34,499 nt of DNA from Alteromonas naphthalenivorans (GCA_047631715.1 JBLICC010000003.1:1-34499), one strand, 5' to 3'; positions 19,001 to 28,353 are shown, counted from the first letter of the stretch. Notes: generated by a model not told the origin, from the letters alone. Made by a program: numbers and translations.

Positions 19001-22000
19001 AAGTTGCCGTCTGGTAAATCTGCAACCGCTACATAGTCATGAGCCTGCCCATATTTTACAGCGCTTGTTGGTGTAACAGCATAAATATAGTTACCATTTG
19101 TAAGCCCTTCTCGATTAAGACTTAATGTTAGTTTACCAAAATAAATCGGATATAAACTTTTTTGTATTTGTTCTTGAGCAGATTGCATTGCAGTGTTCAA
19201 CGCATTTTGTAATGCCAGAGGAAGTGTTGCAAAAATAGCTTTTATACTTGTTCCACGAGCAACTCTTGAACCTACCTTACCTTGATTGTTTAAAGCTGCC
19301 ATAAGGATATCGTCTGTATTAAACCTTACCTGTACACCTGTTCTAACTGGCGGAGGAAACTTACCTTGAGGAGCCTGAGTACCACCCTTATACACATTTT
19401 GGCCAACTGGTTGCAGACTACAGTTGATGTCTCTCATATCTCCTCCAGAACATGCATAAGGAGAAGCTGATTTTAAGTACTGACCTTCTTTTGCTCCTGG
19501 TGGAACATATGGTGTATAAACTTGCCCGGTTCCTACATTAATAAGATAGTTACCCGCTACTATACTTGCATACGGTCGACCAATGTTTTTTAATTGATTA
19601 AGTGCAGTAACCATGCCATTTGCAGGCCCTTCTGCACATACAAAGATATCGTTTGGAGAGAACCCTGATGCTCGATAAAAGAAGTGACCTTTTGCAACAT
19701 CTTCTCTACTTGTAGCCGTAATATACACGTTATTAAATACTCGTTTTGTAAAGTTGAAAGGCCCCATAAACCCACTCTCTACCCAGTAGTTAGTAGCATC
19801 TTGTGACAAATTCCACTCTGTGTACGTTGCAAGAATACTTAGATATTTTTTTCCTTTTTTATTTCTACCAACAGACTCAGCAAATGCATAAAATGTTTTT
19901 TGTTTTCGTGGCCCACTGTTAGAACCTTTGGCTACTAGATCTTGTGATAGATTGAATCCAGAGAATGCTTCTGGCAACACACTCATAAGTGTTCCTGGAG
20001 TGCTTTTACCTATAGTAATACGTGTAGGTGCTTGACACGGTTGTGTTACAGGCCAATTCATGGTGGTACTGTGTATTGCTTGCTGTGATTTTCCAGACGG
20101 AGGAGCCGGAGCGGCAGATCCACCACCCGGACCAACACCTATAGAGTTAACATCCTGTTGGCAGTAAGATAATCCTGGGAAAAAGAGGTAATACAATGGT
20201 GGAACATCAAGAACCACAGAACTAGGCTTCCATGCTGTAACTCCTGGATGTGTATTAACAATTGCTTGCAACTTTTCATATCTATCTTGCGCTGCCGCTA
20301 AATTACTTGCTGTACCTTTTGTACTTTTTACAGATTGAATTCTGTTTATTAACTCTTCACTAAAACCTTTCGTTCTTAAAAATGCTGGTGTATGAGTAAG
20401 GCCATAATCTTTAGTTGCAGCAGAAAGACCTTTGAGCGAAGCAGTCTGGCTTTGGAATGCTAGACCATATTGGATTACTTCTTTTCTTGCCTTTTCGTAA
20501 GCTATTCTAAGGGGTTCATTAGTAATATATCTGTTATAGGGATTATAATGTGTTGGCATAAAGGCTGCACCCATATACACATTAGGAATAACTCTTATTT
20601 TTTGTGAAACTCTTTTGCCACCTTGTTTTGTAAAAATAGTAACTTCTTGCTCTTCAGGAGAACTGGCTTGCTCATACCCTTCACTTGTTTCGCCATGAAT
20701 AGGGAAATAAGATCCTTGGCTCAATGGCTTCATATTAACAGTGTACCAAAGAGGAAGGTCGTTAAGATCAACGTCATACCCTCGACCAGTAATTAAACTA
20801 AAGACTCCTTCTACTCCATGCGCATTTAATCCACCCGTAACTTGATCTGTTCCCAATGGCATAATTTGGAACGATCCTTCTTCTGCGCCACCTAAAGCTA
20901 TAACATAGTCTGTAAGTTTTTTATTTGTAGGAGATAGAGTACCATCACCATTTTTATGCGTTACTTGATAAATATAGAATTTTGATAAATAAGCTAATTT
21001 AGCTTTTTGGCTCCATTGTGTTTGCGATGCCTCTTGGCTTCCTTTACTAGAAGCGTTAGAAAGTATAGCAGCCATATCAGAAACAACTTTGTCTTCTTTA
21101 TTAATGGCGCTTCCTCCAAGAAGATCAGTAAGTGGCACTCGTGTAAACTTGTATCCACTGTATGTGGTAAATGGACCATTAACAGAATTTGATGTTGTAA
21201 AGTTTGTCATTGCCACAATCTGATTAACAATATTCATATCTCCGCCAGCTGCATTAAGTGCTTGTGAACGTGCTGCGGCTGCATAAGAAAAATCAACCTT
21301 ATCATCAGCAGTCATATAAGGAGTAAGTAACTTAACATCACTCATTGTTGTACCACTGGTATTTTCAACTGTTTGTTTTCCTTGTCCACTTCCCTGCTCA
21401 TAAGTAAGACCCGTTGTTAAACTAGAGATATATGTAATAGCTGGATTAACTACCAATTGCACTGTTGCAGCACCAGTTTTAACTGTTTTAGTTTTCCCAC
21501 TCTTATCAACAACTTGGCGTGATTGACCACCCACAACTTGCGGCACATAAAGTGGAACCATTTGTACTTGTGCATCTAAACAAATCACATACTCTTTAAG
21601 TGGCACATACGCATCTAATGTATTACGCAACAATGCATGAAGCGATGGAGTCATTACTCCAGCGTTTGCATGATCAGTAACAATTTCGTAAATATAAATA
21701 CCGCGTGCATTAATATTTTCTTCTATAGAAAAACCATATTCTGTTGTAGGAGCTTGTTGATCTTTAAGCTCTTCTGATACTTTTTCTTGTGCTTTTTTAA
21801 TGGCTATTATTTGATTAGTGTCAAAGAAAATATCTCCCGTCTTGGGATTAACAGACATAGTTTTATTAAACGCTTCGTTCTCATTTTTTAACTTTCCAAG
21901 TGCCTTTCGCAATGGCTCATTGACTTTGCCTTCGTAATTAATATCATTATTGAGCAATACATTTAAAAACCCGTTACCTTCCATTTGCTGTATTTTTAGA

Positions 22001-23799
22001 CCGCCAAATCCCTTTGGAGATGTTGGTGTTCTAAACTTACTAATTGCGTTATAAAACAACGGAGCTGGAGGTAATTTTTGACCAATACCAGCAAGTGCGT
22101 CTGCAACTTTTGGTCCACCTGCAGGAGTAGGAGACATAAAGAGTTTTCTAATAGTTGGATCGTTAAACGAGTGAGAATCTGATTTTGCCATTAAACTTGA
22201 TGAATCCATACGCACCCAATCGGCAGCACCAGCAGTATGAGAGAATGTTGTTGCACCAGCCATGTTTATAAATCTATTCACAAATGTTGAAATAGTGTCG
22301 ATCAGAGGGAATGTTGGTGCCCCTGCGCTATCTGCAGTACCGTTACCGGTAAAGTTCCAACCCGTATTTAGGTTGACCATTGCCCCAGTAAAGGTTGCGC
22401 TTCCAATATAGGTTGTTCCCCAATAAGTTGGTTGTGTTGCAGAACTCACATAGTAGTTAGCTGTTTTAAGATACGAAGGGTTAAAGTAACTTGCTGATTG
22501 TTTGTTGCTATCTGGTACTTCGCAGTACAAGAATGCTGAACTTGTTGCATCATTTTTATTAACAAGTTGCGGTGGAATCTGCAACCATAAATTACCAAAC
22601 TGTTGCGGAGCAGAAACTTCTTGATACAATGCTTCTTTTGCTTCAGCAGCAACTGTCATTTGATACAACGCACTTGGAACCGTAAAGGCCAGTGCTTGAC
22701 CAATTAACATGGCAAAGCCGGATACCACTGATTTTATAACGCGACCAATTGTTTTAACAGTGTCTTTAATTCCACGTCCTATTTTCCTAAGTACTGTCTT
22801 ATTATCTTCTATTTGTTTTTTAACACCTTCAACTTTTTCTTCTGCTGCTTTAAGTTCAGAGTCTGTAGCATCGCCTTTAGCGTGCCGAGCCCTTACTTGA
22901 TCAAGGTCGCTTGTTGCAGTATTAAGATCTTCATCAAGCTTTACGCCCCTTACTCTTATTCTTTCTACAGTACCTTTACCAGAAACCCAATCTGCGCCTC
23001 CACCAATACCATCTTCTGCATAATCTAAACCACGCCCTATTTTTTTTACAGTACGATCAGCCCAGTTTCCAGTATCTCTACCTCTTCGGGCTGCAGTTAA
23101 ATCGTCACCTTCTCGAACCATGCTATCAACTGTTTCTGTGATCTCTTTGTTAACGCCCTCGAGTTTTTCTTGCGTTTGCTTTTCCCCGAAAGTATCCCCT
23201 TTTGCTTGCTCATCTTTTAATCGTTCTTTTAATTCCGATTTTTGATCCTTAAGCTTCTTATACTTTTCTACTCTTTCTTCCGCAGGAGTTTTTTCTTTGC
23301 CGCCGCTTTCCTCAGGAGGCTTTTCGTCTCCGCCGGCTAAAAAATTATCGTCGCTGCCAGTTTCTGCTGGGCCTGTTGCGTCTGTTACATCTGCGGCATT
23401 ACGACCACCTGTAGTTCCTGCCTTGGCTACATCGGGATTATCTTGCTGATTTAAATCTGATGCAGTTGTATTATCTGACTGTGTAGCTGCTGCATCTGCA
23501 TTATGAATTTCCGTTTCTCCAGTTTTCCCAATGGTATTTAAGCTTTCAGTATCACCACTAGTTATAGTATTAGATTCATTCATAGTAGTATCGGTATTAG
23601 TACTTAAACCCGAATCATCTGTTGCTGTTGCACTATCCCTTAAATCAGCATCACCTACCCCATCAGTATCTTCACTCAATGAATCGGTTAGTCCACTTTC
23701 AACATCTGAAAGTCCCATTGCATAGAGTGGAGAGAATTGGATGAGTGGTGTGGCGGCTATGATAAGCGCCAGGAGAGTGAGATTTATTTTTATTTTCAT
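16087..23799 (-). CDS. Giant secreted hypothetical protein with dispersed internal repeats
   Basis: 2570-aa uninterrupted ORF. Architecture: signal peptide, acidic S/T/D-rich region, duplicated coiled coil, amphipathic then hydrophobic segment, repeated Y-I-Y..D-Y-V..S-L-x-T-G-x-x-Y modules and a Gln/Pro-rich tail. Confidence 0.9.
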   Translation of the reverse strand: MKIKINLTLLALIIAATPLIQFSPLYAMGLSDVESGLTDSLSEDTDGVGDADLRDSATATDDSGLSTNTDTTMNESNTITSGDTESLNTIGKTGETEIHNADAAATQSDNTTASDLNQQDNPDVAKAGTTGGRNAADVTDATGPAETGSDDNFLAGGDEKPPEESGGKEKTPAEERVEKYKKLKDQKSELKERLKDEQAKGDTFGEKQTQEKLEGVNKEITETVDSMVREGDDLTAARRGRDTGNWADRTVKKIGRGLDYAEDGIGGGADWVSGKGTVERIRVRGVKLDEDLNTATSDLDQVRARHAKGDATDSELKAAEEKVEGVKKQIEDNKTVLRKIGRGIKDTVKTIGRVIKSVVSGFAMLIGQALAFTVPSALYQMTVAAEAKEALYQEVSAPQQFGNLWLQIPPQLVNKNDATSSAFLYCEVPDSNKQSASYFNPSYLKTANYYVSSATQPTYWGTTYIGSATFTGAMVNLNTGWNFTGNGTADSAGAPTFPLIDTISTFVNRFINMAGATTFSHTAGAADWVRMDSSSLMAKSDSHSFNDPTIRKLFMSPTPAGGPKVADALAGIGQKLPPAPLFYNAISKFRTPTSPKGFGGLKIQQMEGNGFLNVLLNNDINYEGKVNEPLRKALGKLKNENEAFNKTMSVNPKTGDIFFDTNQIIAIKKAQEKVSEELKDQQAPTTEYGFSIEENINARGIYIYEIVTDHANAGVMTPSLHALLRNTLDAYVPLKEYVICLDAQVQMVPLYVPQVVGGQSRQVVDKSGKTKTVKTGAATVQLVVNPAITYISSLTTGLTYEQGSGQGKQTVENTSGTTMSDVKLLTPYMTADDKVDFSYAAAARSQALNAAGGDMNIVNQIVAMTNFTTSNSVNGPFTTYSGYKFTRVPLTDLLGGSAINKEDKVVSDMAAILSNASSKGSQEASQTQWSQKAKLAYLSKFYIYQVTHKNGDGTLSPTNKKLTDYVIALGGAEEGSFQIMPLGTDQVTGGLNAHGVEGVFSLITGRGYDVDLNDLPLWYTVNMKPLSQGSYFPIHGETSEGYEQASSPEEQEVTIFTKQGGKRVSQKIRVIPNVYMGAAFMPTHYNPYNRYITNEPLRIAYEKARKEVIQYGLAFQSQTASLKGLSAATKDYGLTHTPAFLRTKGFSEELINRIQSVKSTKGTASNLAAAQDRYEKLQAIVNTHPGVTAWKPSSVVLDVPPLYYLFFPGLSYCQQDVNSIGVGPGGGSAAPAPPSGKSQQAIHSTTMNWPVTQPCQAPTRITIGKSTPGTLMSVLPEAFSGFNLSQDLVAKGSNSGPRKQKTFYAFAESVGRNKKGKKYLSILATYTEWNLSQDATNYWVESGFMGPFNFTKRVFNNVYITATSREDVAKGHFFYRASGFSPNDIFVCAEGPANGMVTALNQLKNIGRPYASIVAGNYLINVGTGQVYTPYVPPGAKEGQYLKSASPYACSGGDMRDINCSLQPVGQNVYKGGTQAPQGKFPPPVRTGVQVRFNTDDILMAALNNQGKVGSRVARGTSIKAIFATLPLALQNALNTAMQSAQEQIQKSLYPIYFGKLTLSLNREGLTNGNYIYAVTPTSAVKYGQAHDYVAVADLPDGNFKGLGGKAITPYTKTLMSLVTGSVYTVSGQSIPNYLQSVVLAQNGGREGSVPSLLMQMIERSTKSKINPALAQRIMELNTLYIRQGKELQKEGSLLNSAPQLPIEALKHARAVTQPTIDDASVPSSHLITVGGEYFLQAKSVLAGTDKNKTQSLTTIFDFNATDQKRDSSLGVYYTLPKDKNSQFMVPTSALTGFELEAMRAAHGIAVAPNGEQEVTIPVTRIPLPLGPGEKTLIPDYGKDGRYMVNAKHINPVTNNAKGERYYYYYHIKTRAYYALVQDVTGNAYTKGESKAADNGYFVDLMSGDEYYVNGQPRMEQSSVAYALQKDERGEVVDVQQPLFMWGQANNSYGGQSLNVMANVGQGYSQYMYVQFSSVHKFQSSDKSKIMYLGYHVSGEGAGKQITPMRMMGSAQDPENLQRENLSVPKNIDTSGMTQSQVAELAYTSEVEQVMKAGWKLYRIDYDISPSGMQNGSVTFSEMTESMPKRYQMGNMQYVEGGIQGFKYPLAQTNKLTQALVYGRSFVAEGMGNRKGHTGIPTGIAALGTALCGVTSADSDAMIGFIPSMQSDFYVATQGTPRLGQFADYQSRSGGIQAIVTNYSLTGQKSASGVAIQSSYLGFRLDQQDEAIYGFAYSYASDKKLSDLKQSVNVFTNAEGHMQLVQEISATPRVNVSVPQGSIGSDYLIGFSNPVKRILYRIPPLRVAESYFEKDKTQYDTGDGSTARAFDLFKNMVSTYGVGTLVDYSSGAIFEPKKSDKKYLYPTGNTVSMQGLKLIRKQFKNATADPGSLRLTLPGSISRAIHYAQENKKPPMAPGARRELVAGHGTPQLMEQQSSRPPAAPRESEHGSGRPQSPPPNYRAPEQGHQKEQQQDSRGPQQQQQPQQEQQESNQPRAYQAPQQEQQQDSRGPQQQQQPQQQRQQDSDQPPAYQSPQRPEQRQAGLRMPTQSPRTALLDLGARIAAILRQPVII
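16240..16400 (-). repeat. 99-bp-period coding repeat (EQQQDSRGPQQQQQPQQ x2)
   Basis: GTGAATCTTG recurs at 16281 and 16380, with synonymous differences between the copies. Confidence 0.8.
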
Positions 23800-23980
23800 G
23801 AGTTAGGCCCCTAAATTTTATTTATCCCTATAAGGAATAAGCTTAAAATAAAGCGGCCTAGAAAATCAAGATTTGAATAGAAAAAAGTTTTCTCTATTTA
23901 TAACTTTAAGAACGCAACATACTTCGATACAACCACCTGTAGTGCCCACTCAGTATGACTTTGATTTGAATAAAAAAAAG

Positions 23981-25465
23981 TTAATCTTCTTCGGTATACG
24001 TATCAGACACAAGAAACTTTTTAATAAACTTATAAAGTTCTGGACGGTCCATGATATCGTGAAAACGGCCAACAACTTTATCGCCACGCATTACAAGAAA
24101 ATGCGGCACATCTGGCACTTTGTACTTTTTGGTCATATCAAAAGCGTCCGCAGCATCAACTTTAAAGAAACGTACTTTGTTTACAAATTTTGCAGCTGCC
24201 CAATCGATAACTGGCATCATATGCATGCATGTAGGGCAGGCATCGGTATAAAAATCTAAGAAAACTAATTTTTCTGGAGAGTCTTTCATACGACGTCTAA
24301 TTTCTACATCACTATTAATGTGAGCCACTTCAATCTTTTTAATTGGTTTTTCGAAAAAGAACGGTTCCAATTTATTTTGTGCTGTTTGGTTATATCCTAA
24401 AGAACTCAACCACCACACCACATCAAGACCAGCTTTAATACCATCACCGGCTGCAACACCTGCTTGTCTATAGCGAGGATCGCACACATCACCAGCTGCT
24501 ACCACACCAGAATATGAAGTCTGTTGCGTTCTACCATCAATAACTAAATAATTGTTTTTATTGGTTTTTAAACTTTCTTTAAAAAGCTTAGTGTTTGGAT
24601 CGTGTCCAATTCCCAAGAACACTCCTGTGATTGGCCAATTTTCTATTTCTCCAGTTTTAGTATTTTTTACATCGATATTGGTTACGTGGTATCCATCACC
24701 TTTAACTTCGGTAATCGCTCGGTTATGCTCAATCACAATATTATGACACCCAAGCACTCGATCTACCATACTTGGAGAAGCTTTTAATATATCTCCTCGA
24801 ACCAAAATGGTAATATTTTTTGCATACGGAGAAAGTTCAATTGCTTCTTCCATAGCAGAATCACCACCACCAACAACCACCACATCGTGGTCTCGATGAT
24901 ACGGAGCATCACAAATTGCACAGGTTGTTACCCCACGCCCCCAATAGGTCTGCTCACCTTCAACATTAAGTCCTCGAGCCGTTGCCCCTGTTCCAATCAT
25001 GATTGCCATGGCATTAATAGTATGTCCTTCCTCGGTCTCTACCACATAGGGCCACTTAGAAAAATCAACCGAGCTGACTGTGTCATCCACCATGATGGAT
25101 CCAAAGCTTTCTGCCTGTTCTTGCTGCAGGGCAACAACATCTCCACCTTTTATACGCGTGATACCAGGCCAGTTTTCTATATATGAGGTTCCTGTTAGTT
25201 GCCCTCCTGGTTTATTACCTCGCAAGACCACTGTTCTTACTTTTGTCCGAGATCCATATAAGGCCGCACTCAATGAAGCAGGGCCCGATCCTATAACTAA
25301 AAAGGGAACCACATTATCGAGACCTTCAAGCTTTTTAAGCATAAATCCTTTTGTAGTCCAACCAGAAAGCTGTGGTTTTTTTAAATAACGCCAACCTCCT
25401 GCAACACCAAAACATACTAGTGTGACAAGACCCCAAATAATATATTGTGATGGCTTTTTTAACAT
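23981..25465 (-). CDS. trxB: Thioredoxin reductase-thioredoxin fusion with N-terminal membrane anchor
   Basis: Motifs VIGSGPA, GGQL..IENWPG, ATG-like GTGA, GRGVTTCAICD, VVGGGDSAMEEA, GIGHDPN and AAGDV..YRQA. C-terminal thioredoxin domain DFYTDACPTC..KVDA..VP. N-terminal TM YIIWGLVTLVCFGVAGGW. Confidence 0.92.
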   Translation of the reverse strand: MLKKPSQYIIWGLVTLVCFGVAGGWRYLKKPQLSGWTTKGFMLKKLEGLDNVVPFLVIGSGPASLSAALYGSRTKVRTVVLRGNKPGGQLTGTSYIENWPGITRIKGGDVVALQQEQAESFGSIMVDDTVSSVDFSKWPYVVETEEGHTINAMAIMIGTGATARGLNVEGEQTYWGRGVTTCAICDAPYHRDHDVVVVGGGDSAMEEAIELSPYAKNITILVRGDILKASPSMVDRVLGCHNIVIEHNRAITEVKGDGYHVTNIDVKNTKTGEIENWPITGVFLGIGHDPNTKLFKESLKTNKNNYLVIDGRTQQTSYSGVVAAGDVCDPRYRQAGVAAGDGIKAGLDVVWWLSSLGYNQTAQNKLEPFFFEKPIKKIEVAHINSDVEIRRRMKDSPEKLVFLDFYTDACPTCMHMMPVIDWAAAKFVNKVRFFKVDAADAFDMTKKYKVPDVPHFLVMRGDKVVGRFHDIMDRPELYKFIKKFLVSDTYTEED

Positions 25466-25583
25466 GAAGACCCTTTTATTTTTTATAGCTCTTATTTAAA
25501 AAGACTGATTGATAGAGTGTTTTGCAGCAGTATAACAAAAAGATTTAATAAAAAGCAGTATACTTTTATTTTTCTTTCGTTCT

Positions 25584-25612
25584 TTGACAAAAAACCCCCC
25601 GTACGGTACTCT
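25584..25612 (+). promoter_or_regulatory. Putative sigma70 promoter of the FtsH-like gene
   Basis: TTGACA (25584-25589), N17, TACTCT (25607-25612). Confidence 0.6.
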
Positions 25613-25673
25613 ACCAGCACTTCTTACTAAAAAGATAAAAATTACATAAACATGGACAAAAAAGGTATTTTAC

Positions 25674-28343
25674 ATGAATCAGTCCTCTTACTTACGAAGA
25701 TCTTTAGGTGTTTTTCTGACCCTTACAATGTTAATCAATACGCCTCTTTCTGCAGAAGCTCGTCCCACAAAAACAAGCGAAATCACACTTTCTCAGCTCC
25801 AAGACAGATCTATACTCGCTCTTAAACAAATGGATGTTTGTGCTGCAGTTATAGAAACAGCTGCCCAAAATGTAACAAATGGTGGCGCAAGTAATCTTGA
25901 TCAGAAGAAAAAAACTCAAGTACGCCTTCAGTTTCAATTACTTCGTAAAGAAATGAATCTTATTAAAGATGCTGCCGCAATTCATATTAATGAACAACAA
26001 CTTGTTGCTCTTACCTATTTAACTAACGAAGTTATCCGTGTATTAACTGCTGCAATCAACTCTGGTCTAGAAGTTGTTCCAGAACTTAATATCGAAATTC
26101 TTACAAAGAAATCAACAGAAAAACCAACTCTTGCACAAATTGATCGTATCTTAGTTCATAACGAAAAACGTCTGAAGGAACTTACAGATCTTTCAGAAAA
26201 AATCGGGTTAACGCAACTTAATAAGATGTATCGTGGCGCACGTAAGATGTATAGAAAATACTATGTATGGCCAATTGTAGAACATACACTTGTATATACT
26301 GCATTTATTCACTGGTCTGTATTTGTTACACCACGCTGGGCCGTAACAAACATGAAAAACGCAACCGACGATACTATTACACAATGGTTAGGTGAGTCTT
26401 TTGGTAGCATGCAAAAATGGATGGGTAAACCTCCTTCTAAAGCGCAACAAAATCACTCTCAAGTTCAATATCTTGTTGATGTAGATAAAAACGCTATCAG
26501 CTTTAAAGCTGCTCCTGAACTAAGAATTGATAATGCTCAAGTAAGAACAAAAAATACAAAGGGCGTGCTAGAAAAAATCTCTATGGAAGACCATATTAAT
26601 AACTTGGTTGACGAAGTAAGTATCTATCAAGATGAAAATGGAGAACTTGTAAAAAGATCTAAAGATGAAATCAAAATCATCAAAAAAGAACTTGAAGAAG
26701 CAATTTCCGATAATCTTCTTGCTATTGAAAATGCTCCAAAAGATGTTACTATCGACAAAACAAAAACAATTTCTGGTGCTGGTGGAGGATCTGTAAACTA
26801 CTGGACAGATCGTTTTGAAGGTATTGTGGATATGGATTGGAAATCAGCTCTTATTCAAATCCCTATCGCAAAATGGTTCCATAGCTACTTAGCAAAAGAT
26901 TATGACGTTGCTTCAAATTACCTTAGTAAAGTTACTAACAGAGTTGATGATCTTCTTTTTGGTATCACCAAAAAAAGTACCTACGAATCTCTAAGCATGC
27001 CCGAAGAATCTTTTGACGACATTGTTGGAAGAGAAGAAATTAAAGAAGAATTAAGCAAATTGATTGAGTACATCTGTTCACCAGATAAATTTGATCGTGC
27101 AGGCATTAAAGTTGAACGTGGCTATCTTTTTGCTGGTGACCCGCAAAATGGTAAGACATTTGCAGCAAAGGCTCTAACAAGAGAAATTAACGAAGCTATG
27201 AAAGCTACCGGCAGAAACGATAAAATGCGTTTATTCGAAATTAGCACCGATTCGTTAATCCAAAAAGGTATTGCCCATTGGATGGATCTTGCTCGTTACC
27301 ATGCACCATGCATCTTATTCTTAGACGAACTTGATCTTTTAAGATTGCAACGTGATGGCGATTCAAAACTATTGAGTGAGTTCTTAACCTGCATGAGTGG
27401 TACATTGAGTAAAGATGAAAAGTCTCATGTTATTATTCTTGCTGCAACCAACAAACCAGAAAACTTAGACTTTGCGCTTCGTCAACATGGTAGATTTGGT
27501 AAAATGTTCTGGTTCGATAAACCAACATTCAACAATCGTATTGCGTTCTTTAAAAAAGAATGTGAAAAACGTTGCATGAATACTGATCGTTTTGATTTTA
27601 ATGAATTAGCACAACAAACAGAAGGTTGCTCATTTGGTTCGCTTGATATTGTAATGAAAAAAACACTTATGCTAGCTAAGTTTGCTGGAACCTCTGTTAC
27701 TCAGCAACATTTCGAAAAAGCACTTGATAGCGAAATTAAAAAAATGATTCCTTGTGGGTATGATGTTCCTGCAGAAAAAGAACAAATTGTAGCTGTTCAC
27801 CAAGCTGGTAAAGCGATTATGAACATTATTCTTGAATCACAAAAGCAATTAAGTAAAGTAACAGTACTACCTATTACACAAGATCTACAAGAAGAACATG
27901 TAACACAGCAATACAACATTGCAGGGCTTCAGAGCAAAGACCAACGTGCTATTCGTCACGGCGGCATCTTCTCTTATCATTGGTCAGATTCACTTAATCT
28001 TGAGTCTCAAGATGAGTTAAAAAAACAATGTAAGATTTTGCTTGCAGGTAACGTTGCACAAACTGTGTTTGGTTTACCAAGTCCTTCTTACGACAAAGTA
28101 GACAAGCAAGAAGCATTTAAAATTGCAAAAGATATTGTGTTCGAAGGTCTTGATCAAAAAGATGTTGCTAAGGCAACTCGAGAAGACAAACTAACGCAAG
28201 CGTATCGTTTAGTTGAGCAATACGAACGCGAAATTGCAGTTGAACTTACAGAACAATTAACATGGCTTGTTAACACTACTACAGCGCTTCAAGATAGAAA
28301 GACTCTTTCTATTGGAGAACTTAACGAGTTACGCAGTAAGTAA
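25674..28343 (+). CDS. FtsH-like AAA+ ATPase with an inactivated M41 protease domain
   Basis: FDDIVG, Walker A GDPQNGKT, Walker B LFLDE, SRH ATNKPENLDFALRQHGRF, and M41-like VAVHQAGK (HEAGH lost) plus LLAG. About 440-aa N-terminal region with a signal or TM segment. Confidence 0.88.
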   Translation: MNQSSYLRRSLGVFLTLTMLINTPLSAEARPTKTSEITLSQLQDRSILALKQMDVCAAVIETAAQNVTNGGASNLDQKKKTQVRLQFQLLRKEMNLIKDAAAIHINEQQLVALTYLTNEVIRVLTAAINSGLEVVPELNIEILTKKSTEKPTLAQIDRILVHNEKRLKELTDLSEKIGLTQLNKMYRGARKMYRKYYVWPIVEHTLVYTAFIHWSVFVTPRWAVTNMKNATDDTITQWLGESFGSMQKWMGKPPSKAQQNHSQVQYLVDVDKNAISFKAAPELRIDNAQVRTKNTKGVLEKISMEDHINNLVDEVSIYQDENGELVKRSKDEIKIIKKELEEAISDNLLAIENAPKDVTIDKTKTISGAGGGSVNYWTDRFEGIVDMDWKSALIQIPIAKWFHSYLAKDYDVASNYLSKVTNRVDDLLFGITKKSTYESLSMPEESFDDIVGREEIKEELSKLIEYICSPDKFDRAGIKVERGYLFAGDPQNGKTFAAKALTREINEAMKATGRNDKMRLFEISTDSLIQKGIAHWMDLARYHAPCILFLDELDLLRLQRDGDSKLLSEFLTCMSGTLSKDEKSHVIILAATNKPENLDFALRQHGRFGKMFWFDKPTFNNRIAFFKKECEKRCMNTDRFDFNELAQQTEGCSFGSLDIVMKKTLMLAKFAGTSVTQQHFEKALDSEIKKMIPCGYDVPAEKEQIVAVHQAGKAIMNIILESQKQLSKVTVLPITQDLQEEHVTQQYNIAGLQSKDQRAIRHGGIFSYHWSDSLNLESQDELKKQCKILLAGNVAQTVFGLPSPSYDKVDKQEAFKIAKDIVFEGLDQKDVAKATREDKLTQAYRLVEQYEREIAVELTEQLTWLVNTTTALQDRKTLSIGELNELRSK

Positions 28344-28353
28344 CATACAAAAA

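Noticed and set aside
23873-24259. 128-aa plus-strand ORF
   Set aside because: It has a TTG start and is mostly antisense to the thioredoxin domain.
25589-25600. A6C6 tract in the promoter spacer as a phase-variation switch
   Set aside because: The tracts are too short to support frequent slippage without read evidence.
25674-28343. Calling the AAA gene canonical ftsH
   Set aside because: The HEXXH motif and the FVG pore loop are absent, so the symbol was withheld.
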